Positions 39,112 to 48,605 of a DNA stretch of 64,000 nt are shown in pieces; position 1 is the stretch's first letter; the number at the start of each line of letters is the position of its first letter. The stretch is from Alphaproteobacteria bacterium. Its GTDB lineage: Bacteria; Pseudomonadota; Alphaproteobacteria; Sphingomonadales; Kordiimonadaceae. Both the position numbers and the translations under genes were made by a program. The stretch lies in NCBI GenBank assembly GCA_021774775.1, contig JAJFIT010000249.1, positions 4,099-68,098 on the forward strand. The letters are read 5' to 3'. The notes beneath the pieces were generated by a model, which made no database searches, was not told where the DNA came from, and worked only from the letters and a program-made list of their open reading frames with translations.

Positions 39112-41061
39112 GTGTTTAAAATGGTGTTAAGTGGGGTAGGATCGTTGGAAATTGAATTAAACAATGCTGTAGATAAGAGTTTAGTATCTGACAAGAGAGT
39201 TTCTATAAAGCCAATTTTGAAATGGGCCGGAGGTAAAACACAACTTCTCCCTGAACTCATTGAAAAAATGCCAGCCAGCTACAATAAGTACATTGAGCCT
39301 TTTTTCGGTGGCGGTGCTTTATTCTTTCATTCGCAGCCATCAACCGCAATCCTAGCAGATATAAATCCTGAATTAGCAAACCTATATGAGGTGGTGAAAT
39401 CCAATCCGTCCAAAATCATTGACCTGCTCAAAACATATGAAAATACAGAAGACTTTTTTTATGACCTCAGAAGTGAAGTCAGAGAGTCCTTGTCAAAAGA
39501 AGAGCAAGCTGCGCGGACTCTCTATTTGAACAAAACCTGTTTCAACGGTTTGTATAGGGTCAATAAAAGAGGCCATTTTAATACACCTTATGGTAGATAT
39601 CAAAAGCCAAACATAATTAATGAGAAAGGAATTCTGGCAGCATCGAAAGCGCTTGAGAGTGCCGTATTTGAAAATCTTTCTTACAAAGAATCCCTTAAGA
39701 AACATGCAAGGTCAGGAGACTTTGTTTTCTTAGACCCTCCATACCTTCCAATAGGTAAATATGAAGACTTTAAGCGCTATACAAAAGAGGGTTTTTATGA
39801 GGAAGACCATATTGAGCTTGCAGAAGAAGTAAGACGTTTATCTGAGTTGGGGTGCCATGTTATCTTAACAAATTCGAATTCACCTTTGATATATGATTTA
39901 TACAACGATTTTGATATTACGGTTGTCCAGACCCGAAGATATATAAACAGCAATGCCACTAAACGTACTGGTGAAGACGTAATCATCTCTGCTCCGCCTA
40001 AGAGGCGTGAGCTGATAAATATGGGCCTCAAGTCTCTTCCCGCTCAAGTTAGCAAGTACCCAGCTACTAGGTATATGGGAAGCAAGCAATCCTTATTAAA
40101 GCAGATTGCAAGTGCAACACAATCATTTGAATTTGAAACTGTATTGGATTTGTTTTCCGGAACAGGTGTCGTCGGGTATATGTTCAAGGCACTAGGAAAG
40201 AAGGTCATATCAAATGACTATATGACAATGAATTCTACTGTATCTAATGCGATAATAACCAATTCAAAGGTAAAACTATCAAAGAAAGATATATCAATCT
40301 TGCTGTCTACTTCATCGAGCCATGATGAATTCATTTCCGAGACTTTTAAGGGCATATATTACACAGATGAAGAAAATTCTTTCATTGATAAGGTAAGGGG
40401 AAATATTGGCAACCTTAAAGGAAGCATGAAGCAGGACCTAGCGATGAGTGCTTTGATAAGGGCATGCGTTAAGAAAAGGCCGAGGGGGATTTTTACATAC
40501 ACTGGCTTTAGGTATAATGATGGCCGGAAAGACCTGAAGATGTCTTTTGAAGAGCAATTTTTAGCTGCAATTGAAGCATTAAACAACGCTGTTTTTGATA
40601 ATGGTTTCTCTCATAAATCCCACAATAAAGATTCAATGAATATCAATACGAAGGCGGATCTTGTTTACATTGATCCTCCTTATTATAGCCCTGCTTCAGA
40701 CAATGAATATGTTAGAAGGTATCACTTTGTCGAAGGGTTATCGAGAGGCTGGAAAGATGTTGAAATGCAGTGGGAGACCAAAACCAAAAAATTTAAAAAC
40801 TACCCTACACCTTTCAGCACTAGAAATGGAGCCTACGATGCTTTCGACAAATTGTTTGAAAAGCATAAAGACAGTATTCTCGTTATTTCTTATTCCTCGA
40901 ACTCCTTCCCCACGAAAGATGAAATGTTAAGTCTTTTATCAAAGTACAAACCAGAAGTAGAAGTAGTTGCAATTGACTATACGTACAGTATTGGCAATCA
41001 AGGTCATAAAGTGAATGATAACAAGAACCGAGTACAGGAATACATATTTATAGGGCATTGA
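39112..41061 (+). CDS. Tandem double N6-adenine DNA methyltransferase (Dam/D12-class domain fused to a FokI-like domain)
   Basis: Domain 1: KWAGGK, EPFFGGG, DPPY. Domain 2: RYMGSK, DLFSGTG, DPPY. The real start may be TTG at 39145. Confidence 0.9.
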   Translation: MFKMVLSGVGSLEIELNNAVDKSLVSDKRVSIKPILKWAGGKTQLLPELIEKMPASYNKYIEPFFGGGALFFHSQPSTAILADINPELANLYEVVKSNPSKIIDLLKTYENTEDFFYDLRSEVRESLSKEEQAARTLYLNKTCFNGLYRVNKRGHFNTPYGRYQKPNIINEKGILAASKALESAVFENLSYKESLKKHARSGDFVFLDPPYLPIGKYEDFKRYTKEGFYEEDHIELAEEVRRLSELGCHVILTNSNSPLIYDLYNDFDITVVQTRRYINSNATKRTGEDVIISAPPKRRELINMGLKSLPAQVSKYPATRYMGSKQSLLKQIASATQSFEFETVLDLFSGTGVVGYMFKALGKKVISNDYMTMNSTVSNAIITNSKVKLSKKDISILLSTSSSHDEFISETFKGIYYTDEENSFIDKVRGNIGNLKGSMKQDLAMSALIRACVKKRPRGIFTYTGFRYNDGRKDLKMSFEEQFLAAIEALNNAVFDNGFSHKSHNKDSMNINTKADLVYIDPPYYSPASDNEYVRRYHFVEGLSRGWKDVEMQWETKTKKFKNYPTPFSTRNGAYDAFDKLFEKHKDSILVISYSSNSFPTKDEMLSLLSKYKPEVEVVAIDYTYSIGNQGHKVNDNKNRVQEYIFIGH

Positions 41062-42638
41062 TTATGAGCGATACAAATTGTGACAAATTCTATAATAGAT
41101 ACAGTGATGCAGGGTTCTACTTCCCATCATCAGTTTTAAGTTCATATGCACTGTCCTTACACACGAAACCATTTGTAATACTCTCTGGAATTAGTGGGAC
41201 GGGTAAAACAAAAATTGCTCAATTGTTTCATACGCCAGCAAACCCAAGTAAAAAAATAGAAGCCGCTGAAGAAGCGGGCAGGAATACTTCAAAGTTAATT
41301 ATCAAAGTCCCAGCAATTTTTGATCGGTTTAATTTTCCACAAGAATTATTGCCGGAAATATTATCTCAAGCAGAATTAGATGCCTTTAACGAAAAGGCCG
41401 AAAAATTTCGTCTACGTGGTGATGGAGGAAATTTCTCTGAGACATATGTTTTGGATATTGAAGATGCTCATGGTGGCTTTCAGGTCGCCATTTATGGTCA
41501 AAGGGCTAGTAGTCCACTAATTCGAGGAAGATTTTACAAGAGCAGTCGTGATGCTGAAAGCCCTGAATATGATGCAAGGACGCACTTGAAAAAACATTAT
41601 TCTGTGGGAGACGTTCTGGGGCTAGAAAGCATTGGAGAAAGAAAATTTAAAATTGTTTCTCTTAATGAGGAAACTGTTATTGCCGAAAAACAAGAGCAAG
41701 ACCTTAACACGATTGAACGACAATGCTTTATCCCAGTCCGAAGTGATTGGACAGATAACAGTGAGCTATTTGGTTTTTACAATTTAATCGAACAAAAATA
41801 TCATGTTCCCCAATTTTTGGATTTCTTGCTAACCGCAATCAATAATCCAGAATACCCATTCTTTGTTTTATTAGATGAAATGAATCTATCGAAGGTTGAA
41901 CACTATTTTAGTGATATTTTGAGCTGCTTAGAGAGTAGGGTTGAAACTAGAGATGGGTTACATCAAGAAAAAGTAGTTTTATATAGCGGCTCTAGCCAGC
42001 TTTATACTGATTCAGACGATTATGAACATATTCCCAACGCTATAGAGATACCTACAAACCTTTTTATAACTGGTACCGTTAATATTGATGAGAGCACATA
42101 TATGTTTAGCCCTAAAGTATTGGATAGGGCTAATGTAATACAGTTTAATGAAGTCGATCTTGAATCGTATGGTGGTGGTGAAGTTGAAAAAGGTGATTCC
42201 TTTAAGTTAAAAAAATTCCCCGATTTTATGGATACTAAACTGGCTCTAAAAAAGCACTATGGTGATTTATCAGATGACATTAAAAATCATTTGGTAGCCG
42301 TAAATAATATTCTCAAATCATATCATTTGCATTTTGGTTATCGCACAGCCAATGAAGTCGCATTATACATTCTCTCTGCTATGAATCACATTGATGATGG
42401 TATGGATACACAACTGCAAGCCCTTGATATCCAGTTTATTCAAAAAATATTCCCCAAGTTGAATGGCGGATACGCAGCCTTAGAGGCTCCCCTTAAAGAA
42501 GTGTTGTTGTATTTATCTGTAGAGAAAGATATCGCTAATATTGTTGCAGATAAAACGTCATTTCCTAAAACGATCAATAAACTTCAAAAAATGTACAACA
42601 CACTTTCAGTGAGTGGGTACTCCAGCTTTATAGATTAA
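41058..42638 (+). CDS. McrB-like AAA+ GTPase (NxD type) with an internal inserted domain
   Basis: Walker A GISGTGKT, 'VRSDWTD...L.G', Walker B LLDEMNL..VE.YFS and GTVNIDE...FSPKVLDRAN. About 160 aa are inserted after Walker A. Confidence 0.88.
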   Translation: MIMSDTNCDKFYNRYSDAGFYFPSSVLSSYALSLHTKPFVILSGISGTGKTKIAQLFHTPANPSKKIEAAEEAGRNTSKLIIKVPAIFDRFNFPQELLPEILSQAELDAFNEKAEKFRLRGDGGNFSETYVLDIEDAHGGFQVAIYGQRASSPLIRGRFYKSSRDAESPEYDARTHLKKHYSVGDVLGLESIGERKFKIVSLNEETVIAEKQEQDLNTIERQCFIPVRSDWTDNSELFGFYNLIEQKYHVPQFLDFLLTAINNPEYPFFVLLDEMNLSKVEHYFSDILSCLESRVETRDGLHQEKVVLYSGSSQLYTDSDDYEHIPNAIEIPTNLFITGTVNIDESTYMFSPKVLDRANVIQFNEVDLESYGGGEVEKGDSFKLKKFPDFMDTKLALKKHYGDLSDDIKNHLVAVNNILKSYHLHFGYRTANEVALYILSAMNHIDDGMDTQLQALDIQFIQKIFPKLNGGYAALEAPLKEVLLYLSVEKDIANIVADKTSFPKTINKLQKMYNTLSVSGYSSFID

Positions 42639-42639
42639 A

Positions 42640-44232
42640 ATGAAAATATATAAGGATGATTTAAGGCAAGAATTGATAGGTGGCGCGCTGTTTGAAAACA
42701 AGAAGTATTATCTTGATTTTGAGAGTGCCAGTGAAGAAGAAATTGCGAGTGAAATTAAATCCTCAAAGTTGACACAATTTATAAATTGGCAGAAGGGGAA
42801 TAGGTACGCTACTTTAACTATCATTAATTTTATTGGTAATATTTATTTTTTTTCAGATACTTACGACGTTAAGAGCCAAAAATTTTTAACTGATTTATCT
42901 GGTGCAGAACAATTCCAAAAAATATTGGAAGATATTAGAGAGCTGTCTAAAGACATTATATTCACATATAGCTCTCCCTCTTTTGTTTTACGACAAGTCA
43001 ATTATAAAGATGCTAATCCCTCACTGCTTTTGATGTTTAATTATTTCAAGAGAATACTTTTGTATTGGGGACATAACATAAACTTGCAGTCTGATCTGCA
43101 AAAAGTAATGGCTAACCCAAATTTTCAATATTCAATAAAGTATGAAACGGATCGTATTGAAAAAATAAAAAGAATTGATGGGAAGACACTGCGTGCGATC
43201 CTGAGCGAGAATAAACACTATACTGAAGTAAGCGAAGCCCATGCTGCTCTGATTAATCTGCCATTAACTCAAGCAATATCTCAAGGGTCTTCTATGCATT
43301 ATCTCCCCTCTAAGGCTTTGATGAGAAAAAAATATTTGAGTTACGATACCATAGAAAATCGGTTTATAAAGTTCCTTATTGAATACATTGAGAATATTGC
43401 ATTTAGACTGAATGCGATTAGTGACCTGCCAGCAGGTGTTATTGAAGAAAAAGAACAAATTTTATCTTTCTGTAGATCAATACTTAGAGAACCTTTTTTT
43501 AGGGACATTAGTCCTATGAGATTAATGCCGTTAAATTCAACTATTCTTCAGAGCCGTTCAGGGTATCGGGAAATCTTATTACATTTCACTCGGAGTCGTT
43601 TCGGCATTAAGCATATTTTTGAAGATTTTGAACAAGACTCAATGTCTATTGATTTGAAAAAAATATCGGACCTGTATGAATATTGGGTGTTTTATAAGAT
43701 AGTAAAATCTTTCTTGGGCGACCAAATTATTATCGAAGAGCAAGATGCTGTGATGAAAGATGGTGAAGTTTCTTACGGTGTCTGTTTTAAAAATGAATAC
43801 ATTTCAATTTATTATAACTCAACTGAGTCAAGGTCTAGAAAATCTGCATATAGCGTTGCCTTAAGACCGGACACGACAGTTGTTGTGCGTAAGGATCAAA
43901 AGGTTTTAAAATTTGTTTTTGACGCCAAATACAAAGTTAAAAATAAGGATGGAGAGGATGAGATAGAGCGGCAAATTAAATCAGAAGATTTATACAAAAT
44001 GCATACATATCTTGATGCTATAGAAGATTGCGTATTTGCAGTCGCCGTATACCCTGGCAGCGAATTTAGTTTTTACGAGAGGGATATTAAATCTCCAATT
44101 AGGCGAACCGTGGGATCTATAGATTCATTTGAGGGTGTGGGAGCAATTCCTCTAGTTCCTGAAGATAAAACTCTTAATGATCAATTTGATAATTTCATGA
44201 AAGCTATAAAAGATAAATTTGGATTTATTTGA
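42640..44232 (+). CDS. McrC-like restriction nuclease (DUF2357 + PD-(D/E)XK domain)
   Basis: 'SYDT.ENRF.K', 'LYEYWVF', 'LRPD', 'FDAKYK' and 'DL.KMH.Y.DAI'. Confidence 0.88.
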   Translation: MKIYKDDLRQELIGGALFENKKYYLDFESASEEEIASEIKSSKLTQFINWQKGNRYATLTIINFIGNIYFFSDTYDVKSQKFLTDLSGAEQFQKILEDIRELSKDIIFTYSSPSFVLRQVNYKDANPSLLLMFNYFKRILLYWGHNINLQSDLQKVMANPNFQYSIKYETDRIEKIKRIDGKTLRAILSENKHYTEVSEAHAALINLPLTQAISQGSSMHYLPSKALMRKKYLSYDTIENRFIKFLIEYIENIAFRLNAISDLPAGVIEEKEQILSFCRSILREPFFRDISPMRLMPLNSTILQSRSGYREILLHFTRSRFGIKHIFEDFEQDSMSIDLKKISDLYEYWVFYKIVKSFLGDQIIIEEQDAVMKDGEVSYGVCFKNEYISIYYNSTESRSRKSAYSVALRPDTTVVVRKDQKVLKFVFDAKYKVKNKDGEDEIERQIKSEDLYKMHTYLDAIEDCVFAVAVYPGSEFSFYERDIKSPIRRTVGSIDSFEGVGAIPLVPEDKTLNDQFDNFMKAIKDKFGFI

Positions 44233-44371
44233 TGGTACTTACCAAATAAATAACCTTGTGGAAACACTAGCCTATGAACAAGGTATTTAGTTTCAATTTA
44301 CGTAATCTGATTTAAATAACTTCCTTGAAAGCAATACAGCAGGCGTCTCCAAACAGGGGGCTTAGTTCCCA

Positions 44372-45949
44372 CTAGAGCTTTGCATATTGCAATCCGACTT
44401 CCTTCCTCTTGTGCAATGGATATGGTTCCATTTTTGACTTCTGCACCATGTCCGACTGCTCATAGAACGGTTTAGTGCGCAACTTCACCGGTCGCTTGTT
44501 GGTGTGGATCAACAACGCTTCGTCGCCACGCATTTGGATAATTTCGCTCTCATTGAGGAGATTTTCTTCGCGGTAGATCGTCTGATCGCCTTGTTCAATC
44601 GGTTTCTGCACTTTACCCAGTCGTCGCTCAAGTGCCTTGGCTGTATCGAGCCCTACGCCCGGCAAATAGATTTGTGTACCGAATCCATCTTGAATGGTCT
44701 CGGCACCCTTATCGCCATATCGGCTTTCCAATTGAGCCCGAGACTGCAGAAACGCCCAGATTGCCACGCGATTCTTGCGTGCCGTCGTCGCATAAATATC
44801 AAAGTCTGGGATAGTTAAATGTCCGAACTCGTCAAGCAACAAATAGACGGGTAGGTTGTTGGGATCGAGACTTGAAAGCAGTGTGTTGAACAATTCCGTG
44901 TAAAAGAGATTCAGGATGAAGCTATAAAAACGTAGGTCTTGCTGACGAGCTTTGAGAAAAAACGCTGTTTTCCGTCGCTGTAAATTGCCAAGATCAAAAC
45001 TGCTTGTTTGCGTAAGGCGGGCGATGTCGGGGTTGCCGACGGCGTCCAATCCGACTGTGGCCGTGCTCAAGAAGGACAAAACCGTCCGTTCGTTGCCTGC
45101 TAAAAACCCTCTATAGTCGCTGTACGTTGAGAGGTCTTCAAGCGTGCTCTCCACAACAAACTGATCGAGCCGTCCGCCGTCCTTCAGGTGTGCGTCAAAG
45201 CTGTTGAGAAGATGTAACACGTTGGCGAGGTTAAGGTGCTCCGGTTCGCCGCGATTGCGTAGACACTGTATCATTATTCTAATAATTTTTTCCGCGCCAG
45301 CCGACCAAAATTGACCGTCATCACTATCAAGCGACGAACGCACAATGAGATGTGCGACCTGTGCGATATCGGTATACCCATTGGCATTTTCTAACGGGTT
45401 ATACGTCTCGCCAACGCTCGTATCCATGAGGTTGAGAACCTTGATGTCGAAACCTTTTTGGGCAAGATACCCACTCGTCTGCGCGTATATCTCTCCCGAG
45501 GTATCGCTGATAACAAGAGAGCAGTCATCTAGTGTGTAGATGTTTGGCATGACGAAAATAGAGGACTTGCCGCTTCCCATACCGCCAACAGCAAGTACAC
45601 TTTGCATAGATACTTTTTCTGAGAGTCGTACACTTTTTCCATCCACAAGAAATCCCTGCGTGCCCGTATCAAAAAATCGCCATTTTTCAAACCACCCCAT
45701 AAAGCGGGCACTCGGCTTTTTCTGAGACAGCACCCATTGTACGGTCGCAACACCTCCACGCCCGACACCAGATAGAAACGACCACATCACGGAAAATATT
45801 GATGCGCCGGTCGCATAGGAAATAAGAAACAGCACCAGCAGGCCAGCCACTACCCAGCCAATACCTTCTTCGCTGTCAATAGCACCAAGCGCAAATAGTA
45901 CCGTAAGTGCGAGTATCATTCCGAGAAACGTCTTTTGCGCTGTGTGCAT
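44372..45949 (-). CDS. VirD4/TraG-type type IV coupling protein
   Basis: N-terminal TM segments, Walker A GGMGSGKS..FV.PN, 'D..GE.Y', 'YNPL', 'FW...A', Walker B LLDEFG and 'Q...QL...YG'. Confidence 0.88.
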   Translation of the reverse strand: MHTAQKTFLGMILALTVLFALGAIDSEEGIGWVVAGLLVLFLISYATGASIFSVMWSFLSGVGRGGVATVQWVLSQKKPSARFMGWFEKWRFFDTGTQGFLVDGKSVRLSEKVSMQSVLAVGGMGSGKSSIFVMPNIYTLDDCSLVISDTSGEIYAQTSGYLAQKGFDIKVLNLMDTSVGETYNPLENANGYTDIAQVAHLIVRSSLDSDDGQFWSAGAEKIIRIMIQCLRNRGEPEHLNLANVLHLLNSFDAHLKDGGRLDQFVVESTLEDLSTYSDYRGFLAGNERTVLSFLSTATVGLDAVGNPDIARLTQTSSFDLGNLQRRKTAFFLKARQQDLRFYSFILNLFYTELFNTLLSSLDPNNLPVYLLLDEFGHLTIPDFDIYATTARKNRVAIWAFLQSRAQLESRYGDKGAETIQDGFGTQIYLPGVGLDTAKALERRLGKVQKPIEQGDQTIYREENLLNESEIIQMRGDEALLIHTNKRPVKLRTKPFYEQSDMVQKSKMEPYPLHKRKEVGLQYAKL

Positions 45950-46845
45950 TATTGACCTCCTTCGATTTCAAAGCTATTGGCTTCTCGCGTTACTTCATGA
46001 AGCAATCGACTTCGGTGGTCATCTGCAAGCGTCTCTCGTCTTTCTGTGAACTGTCCGAAACGAGTCTGCGCATCTGAAAATGCGTCAAATAGCCCCAATG
46101 TTTTGAGCCGATACCGTCGTCCCGTATCGGCGTTTTCTATCCCCCAGGTATTTCCACGCCGATAGAATGAGAGCCCGTCGGTTTCAAGTCGTATCGTTGC
46201 ATCGTCTTGGGAATGTGATTGTTCAAGTGCCCGAAACACAGAGTCCCGTACTTGTTCGGTCTGGGTTGCCGATTGCCCCGTACGCCGTGCCGCTTCGTAA
46301 CCCGATGTAGAGACGCGGGCGCGATCTGTCCGCGCTTCACCTCGTCTATGCAAGCGTTCCCCGATCAGTTCTGGGTATCGCTCCACCTTGTAATCCTCCA
46401 GATCACACACGATGGTACGAAGCTCTGCCTTGCTCAATCGCACGCGTTGCTCACTCTTAACCTCGTTTGCACTCAGCATGAGGTGAATATGCGTATAGTC
46501 GGTGTCACTATGGACACACCCGAATGCAAGTTGGTTCGGTGCCCGCCTCGTAAGATACTGCTCCGCAAGGTCATGCAGGATTTCAGTCTGTTTTTCTTTT
46601 GAGAGGTGGGGCTGATGCTCCAAAACGATAATTTCGTGATACGCATGATTACCGCCCGACCGCATCGGCAAAAAACGGTTATTGTTTTCAAACTCTTTGG
46701 CAATCTGCATCCAGTTGCCACTCTCCGGCAGCGCAAAAAGATTGCGGGTAAGGACGGCATGTTCGTCAAGTCCTTCCCTCACAAAGTAGGCGATCAATTG
46801 GCGGAACGCGGGAGACTTCTTACGGCTCATGGATTTAACTATCAT
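45949..46845 (-). CDS. Relaxase/mobilisation nuclease (MOB_P-like HUH)
   Basis: N-terminal 'QLIAY' (catalytic Tyr), 'YHEII', and HUH motif 'VHSDTDYTHIHLMLSAN'. Confidence 0.85.
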   Translation of the reverse strand: MIVKSMSRKKSPAFRQLIAYFVREGLDEHAVLTRNLFALPESGNWMQIAKEFENNNRFLPMRSGGNHAYHEIIVLEHQPHLSKEKQTEILHDLAEQYLTRRAPNQLAFGCVHSDTDYTHIHLMLSANEVKSEQRVRLSKAELRTIVCDLEDYKVERYPELIGERLHRRGEARTDRARVSTSGYEAARRTGQSATQTEQVRDSVFRALEQSHSQDDATIRLETDGLSFYRRGNTWGIENADTGRRYRLKTLGLFDAFSDAQTRFGQFTERRETLADDHRSRLLHEVTREANSFEIEGGQ

Positions 46846-47248
46846 CTTCCGCCTTCCATGGTCGTGAGACAAACTCCTCTACCGATGCCTCAAGCTGTGC
46901 CAGTTGTTTCATCAACTCCGCCGGGCGCCGTAATCGTCCCCACCCATTTGTCTCGCGTGCGACCTGATTGACATTGTTGCCGATCCTATGGATCGCAATG
47001 TATAGCGTAGCAATCTGTTTCTCGATTGCTTTAGATGGCACAAAACGCTGGTTTCTATAGGCACACGACTGAGCCCAAATCTGCGCAAATACGCTTCTAC
47101 CGTTTTGCTTCGCGAGAGCTGTAATGTCGCGATGTTCCTGTTTGGTCAGCGTGCCGTATATCCGGCGTTTGCCATCCTCTCTAAAACGCTGCCAATACGC
47201 TTTGCGGTACTGGCGTCGTTTTTCTTCGCGCGTGCGATCATCAACCAT
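46835..47248 (-). CDS. mobC: MobC relaxosome accessory protein
   Basis: RHH-like N-terminus and the MobC signature 'RIGNNVNQVAR'. Overlaps the relaxase start. Confidence 0.85.
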   Translation of the reverse strand: MVDDRTREEKRRQYRKAYWQRFREDGKRRIYGTLTKQEHRDITALAKQNGRSVFAQIWAQSCAYRNQRFVPSKAIEKQIATLYIAIHRIGNNVNQVARETNGWGRLRRPAELMKQLAQLEASVEEFVSRPWKAEDDS

Positions 47249-47261
47249 GATGGTCGCCTCG

Positions 47262-47340
47262 TGCGACAGGGGGTTCGGGGGCTCGCCCCCGACAAGAGTG
47301 CATTCTGTGTCCCGCCGCAGACATGCAATCTTGCTCGATA
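47262..47340. other. Candidate oriT
   Basis: Lies immediately upstream of mobC. The minus strand has the inverted repeat CAAGATTGCATGTCTG...CAGAATGCACTCTTG followed by the GC hairpin TCGGGGGCGAGCCCCCGA. Confidence 0.55.
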
Positions 47341-47368
47341 TCTATATATCGACATTTGTTCCCAACGG

Positions 47369-47611
47369 TCATCGTCGTCCTTTCCGTTTTGAACGCCCGA
47401 CAACCAATAAAAGAAGACACAGAACAACAATACCGAGGATGTGAAAAGGAACATATAGACTGGGCACCAGCCCAGCCAACACCGCCAAGCCACCACCAAT
47501 GAGGATGAGCTTGATACCGCCCGCATGCCATTGAATAACAATGGCTAAGCCCCCTAACATGATTAGGATTGTAGCGATTGCTATAAGCGTTTCTGAAAGC
47601 ATAAAGGTCAT
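47369..47611 (-). CDS. Small membrane protein (~80 aa, 3 TM)
   Basis: Almost fully hydrophobic with a basic C-terminal tail. Starts 5 nt after the upstream stop. Confidence 0.6.
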   Translation of the reverse strand: MTFMLSETLIAIATILIMLGGLAIVIQWHAGGIKLILIGGGLAVLAGLVPSLYVPFHILGIVVLCLLLLVVGRSKRKGRR

Positions 47612-47616
47612 GGCAT

Positions 47617-47856
47617 TTACTCTTCCCACATCCCTTTTTTCCGCCCGTCAAACTCAAGCCAAAAGACAGCCAGAAACGTGATCAGGATTGCCATCACAGA
47701 AATACCAAACGACGTGCGTATGGCCAATCCCAGACCAACGGCAAGTGAAAGCATAATCGCGGCGGATGTGAACGAGCGCATAATCAACAAGAGCACACCC
47801 ATGATGGATAGACCGGTCGTGAACAAGAATATCACTGTGAAGTTTATGGAGGTCAT
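47617..47856 (-). CDS. Small membrane protein (79 aa, 2-3 TM)
   Basis: Hydrophobic. ATGA overlap with the upstream vWA-like gene and a GGAGG RBS. Confidence 0.65.
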   Translation of the reverse strand: MTSINFTVIFLFTTGLSIMGVLLLIMRSFTSAAIMLSLAVGLGLAIRTSFGISVMAILITFLAVFWLEFDGRKKGMWEE

Positions 47857-48605
47857 GACAAGCCCTCCACCCGCGCTCCGGAACTTTCAAAGTATCGCTG
47901 CCAGAAGGTTCGGTGCATTGCTACCTGATGGCGGACAGCCTGCTCGTTTCTAAGGTACACCACCCGTACCGCAACGCCCTCAAGAGTGGTGGACACCTGC
48001 CGAGCAAATACGCTCCTATGAAATTGCTCATATTGTTGTGCACCGTCACGGTATTGCGAATATGCCGTGGTGTTTTCAAGCATGTCACTTATGATAATCA
48101 ACCTGCGCCTGCCGACCGACGATGCAAATGTCGGAAGCTCGGCAATTGCTTTGATAGTTTGGAGAATGGGCGACTGTGGCGACTGCGCGGGTTCTTCAAG
48201 CATTGCCGTCGCGCTAGCAAGCGGTAAACCGAAGCCCGCTTCAAAGTCGCGCATAAAAAACTTTTTATTATCATAGAGCCAGTGTGCATCACTGCCATCA
48301 GGCGGACGGCAGAGGGACAGGATTGGCTTAAGCGGTGAAGGAACGGTTTCCTCAATCGGAATAATGGTCAACCGCTCTCCAGTGGCAAGCGAAGCCAGTA
48401 CGCGGTCCATCTCGATTCTAAACCGAACCCTTTGCGCGGGTGTTAGCGGATCAGTGCGATCCACTGCCACCATGGTATGCGCGTCAGCACTGCACACCGC
48501 ACTGGAGTCTGATTCCTTGAGCGTCACACTTAGATATGTGCCGGTCGCCATCCCGACGCCCACGGCACCGATGAGAAAAACCCCCGCGATGTTTTGCCAA
48601 CTCAT
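47853..48605 (-). CDS. Membrane-anchored vWA-like domain protein
   Basis: N-terminal TM segment, 'VAVDRTD' (DxT/S MIDAS-like), 'SPILQTI' and 'LIIISDMLEN'. Confidence 0.6.
   Translation of the reverse strand: MSWQNIAGVFLIGAVGVGMATGTYLSVTLKESDSSAVCSADAHTMVAVDRTDPLTPAQRVRFRIEMDRVLASLATGERLTIIPIEETVPSPLKPILSLCRPPDGSDAHWLYDNKKFFMRDFEAGFGLPLASATAMLEEPAQSPQSPILQTIKAIAELPTFASSVGRRRLIIISDMLENTTAYSQYRDGAQQYEQFHRSVFARQVSTTLEGVAVRVVYLRNEQAVRHQVAMHRTFWQRYFESSGARVEGLS

Noticed and set aside
41058-44232. CoCoNuT system
   Set aside because: The NxD McrB and DUF2357 McrC fit the broader clade, but no long coiled-coil, helicase or HEPN partner is visible, and a cognate MTase is present.
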